Shown here in pieces: positions 62,544 to 64,000 of a stretch of DNA of 64,000 bases (positions are counted from its first letter, which is position 1; each line of letters opens with the position of its first letter). The translations under genes were made by a program, and so were the position numbers. The stretch comes from Patescibacteria group bacterium (lineage in GTDB: Bacteria; Patescibacteriota; Microgenomatia; UBA12405), in NCBI GenBank assembly GCA_038062455.1, contig JBBTXE010000001.1:122371-186370 (forward strand). Direction: 5' to 3'. The notes under the pieces are model-generated. The model searched no databases. It was not told where the DNA came from and was given only the letters and a program-made list of their open reading frames with translations.

Positions 62544-63615
62544 TAACAAAGTGAAGTCCGCCTCTGGCGGAAAATTTGATAATTTTGTAATCGGTCTCTC
62601 GCCCATGGATGGCATCACCGATGAGGCCTTTCGGCTGACCCAATGCGAAATTGCAAAACCGGATCTAATTTTCACCGAATTTGTCAGCGCCGAAGGGTTG
62701 GCTCACTCTGCCGTCAAACTTTTTGATCACCTTCTATTTAAATCAATAGAACGGCCAATTACCGCCCAATTATTCGGTAAAGATCCGGCCTCTTTTTATT
62801 TTGCCGCTTTGGTTCTCTGCCGTCTCGGTTTTGACGGTATCGATATCAACCTTGGCTGTTCCGCCAAAACAGTGACGAAGCACGGTGGGGGAGCGGCCCT
62901 GATTGATAACCCGGTTCTGGTTTCCAAAATTGTGTTTTCGGTCAAAAAGGCCATCGCCGACTATCGGGAAAATCCCCAGATATTATCTAAGTTTAAATTA
63001 AAGAAAAAATTTCTTGAGATCATTGATCGTAACCTCAAATATTCATACCCCCCTCTTGTCAAAGAGGGGTCGGGGGAGATTGTTATTCCCACTCTTTCCC
63101 TCAAAACCCGCTTGGGAATTGACCGCAGTGTCGTTTCCACTTGGATTCCTCATCTTTGTTCCCTCAAGCCTGATTTTATTACTCTTCACGGCCGAACTCT
63201 CAAACAGGGCTTTTCCGGTACTGCCGATTGGGATCAAATCGCCGCCGCTGCCAAGATTTGCCACCATTGGGGGATAAAAATTCTAGGTAACGGCGACCTT
63301 TCTTCCCGTCAGATGGCTCTCGACTACTGCCAAAAATATCACACCGACGGTGCCCTCATCGGTCGAGCCGCTATGGGTAACCCCTGGCTTTTCGCCGATA
63401 AAGAGGTCGATTTTCAAGAAAAATTTAAAGCCATGCAAATTCACGCCCGCCACTTTTTAGAGATTTTTCCTACCCGACGCTTTGACCCCCTCCGTCGTCA
63501 CTTTCTTCTCTATGTTTCCGGCCATCCCCATGCTTCCGCTCTTCGCCAAAAAATCGTCTCCCTCTCCGGATTTGACCAACTTTGTTCCCTTGAAGCCGAA
63601 ATCACCAACTGCTAA
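62539..63615 (+). CDS. dus: tRNA-dihydrouridine synthase
   Basis: LSPMDGITD, GFDGIDINLGCSAK, LHGRT, GNGD, IGRAAMGNPWLF. Non-ATG start (TTG 62539 or GTG 62551). Confidence 0.88.
   Translation: MRNKVKSASGGKFDNFVIGLSPMDGITDEAFRLTQCEIAKPDLIFTEFVSAEGLAHSAVKLFDHLLFKSIERPITAQLFGKDPASFYFAALVLCRLGFDGIDINLGCSAKTVTKHGGGAALIDNPVLVSKIVFSVKKAIADYRENPQILSKFKLKKKFLEIIDRNLKYSYPPLVKEGSGEIVIPTLSLKTRLGIDRSVVSTWIPHLCSLKPDFITLHGRTLKQGFSGTADWDQIAAAAKICHHWGIKILGNGDLSSRQMALDYCQKYHTDGALIGRAAMGNPWLFADKEVDFQEKFKAMQIHARHFLEIFPTRRFDPLRRHFLLYVSGHPHASALRQKIVSLSGFDQLCSLEAEITNC
63050..63069 (+). repeat. Hairpin cccctctt-gtca-aagagggg in frame in dus
   Basis: Perfect 8-bp stem encoding ..PPLVKEGSGE.. within an apparent loop insertion (LKYSYPPLVKEGSGEIVIPT). 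Confidence 0.7.
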
Positions 63616-63626
63616 AGTAGTTGATC

Positions 63627-64000
63627 ATGGCCAATTCTTCTTCCACTCTAACTAGTGTCGAATCCCTCATCCACAATCACCAAACACGTTTCGAATCGTT
63701 AAATAAAGAACTCAAAACCCATAGGCTTATGCTCGAAGCCATTATGGAAGCCGACCAGGAATATCAGGCCGCCGCCGATGCCGCCGCCAAAGCCGTCAAA
63801 ATCAAATCTCAAGCCAAGCAAAAAGTTTTAGTCAACCCTGAAGCCAAATCCCAAATGGAAAAAATTAAAGATCAACAAATCGAAGCCAAAGAACTAAAAA
63901 TCGCCCTCTCCGACTATCTTTCCCAATATGTTACTCTTTCTGGCAGTAACCAAATCGAGTCTCCCGACGGCGCCGTTTACGAAATCATTTATAATGCTCA
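63627..64000 (+). CDS. Hypothetical coiled-coil protein (5' part; runs off window end)
   Basis: Not in the track (no stop). MANSSSTLTSVESLIHNHQTRFESLNKELKTHRLMLEAIMEADQEYQAAADAAAKAVKIKSQAKQK... open to 64000. Confidence 0.5.
   Translation, partial: MANSSSTLTSVESLIHNHQTRFESLNKELKTHRLMLEAIMEADQEYQAAADAAAKAVKIKSQAKQKVLVNPEAKSQMEKIKDQQIEAKELKIALSDYLSQYVTLSGSNQIESPDGAVYEIIYNA

Noticed and set aside
1-64000. CRISPR arrays, rRNA genes, transposases/integrases, and alternative genetic code (TGA recoding as in some CPR lineages).
   Set aside because: I saw no regularly spaced direct repeats, no rRNA signatures and no transposase or integrase motifs. Long conserved genes terminate normally at TGA, TAA and TAG (for example secF at TGA), so code 11 is adequate.

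Overview
This is a 64 kb, AT-rich, very gene-dense window with about 85 protein genes on both strands and many 1-30 nt overlaps. Standard code 11 fits the ORFs. The gene content looks like a Candidate Phyla Radiation / Patescibacteria (Microgenomates-like) chromosome: tiny gaps, RRM-type RNA-binding proteins, many DUF and orphan small ORFs, LTD/Fn3/TSP3 surface proteins, and a short RNase P RNA. That taxonomic call is inference only.

Core genes recognised from motifs:
- DEAD-box helicase, P-type ATPase plus CaCA exchanger, rarA, recA, recX-like, rny, HU, ychF, miaA
- AI-2E transporter, secD, secF, cca, recJ, aspS, S11 carboxypeptidase, gltX, trmD
- GT2-GtrA fusion, rfbA-like, MBL hydrolase, dus

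RNA genes found by eye: tRNA-Pro(GGG), tRNA-Gln(CUG) and a type-A RNase P RNA (GGAAAGUCCGG ... ACAGAAUCCGGCUUAUCG on the minus strand).

Genes absent from the ORF track:
- a GTG-start 2-oxoacid:ferredoxin oxidoreductase at 1-1200(-)
- a 58-aa Cys-less DUF5679-like ORF
- a partial ORF at 63627-64000

Most interesting observations:
1. A TasA/camelysin-like plus SipW-type signal peptidase surface-fibre locus (48.4-55.5 kb). The peptidase is fused to a ~590-aa exodomain that starts with its own TasA-style signal.
2. A 914-nt ORF-free, hairpin-dense region (14851-15764) closed by a 15-nt inverted repeat, with a 95-nt G/T-only tract.
3. A tandem triplication of a novel ~112-aa gene. Each copy carries a copy of the recJ 3' end and a TATAAT box.
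4. Several families of short palindromic or repeat elements sitting in frame inside essential genes (helicase, rny, ychF, miaA, cca, recJ, trmD, dus), and one inside the RNase P RNA itself.
5. Identical AATACTT heptamer arrays ending 5 nt before two start codons.
6. A terminator/antiterminator leader upstream of aspS.

I saw no CRISPR array, transposase, integrase or rRNA. RNA and repeat coordinates were read by hand and may be off by a few nt. All family assignments are from motif recognition, not searches.
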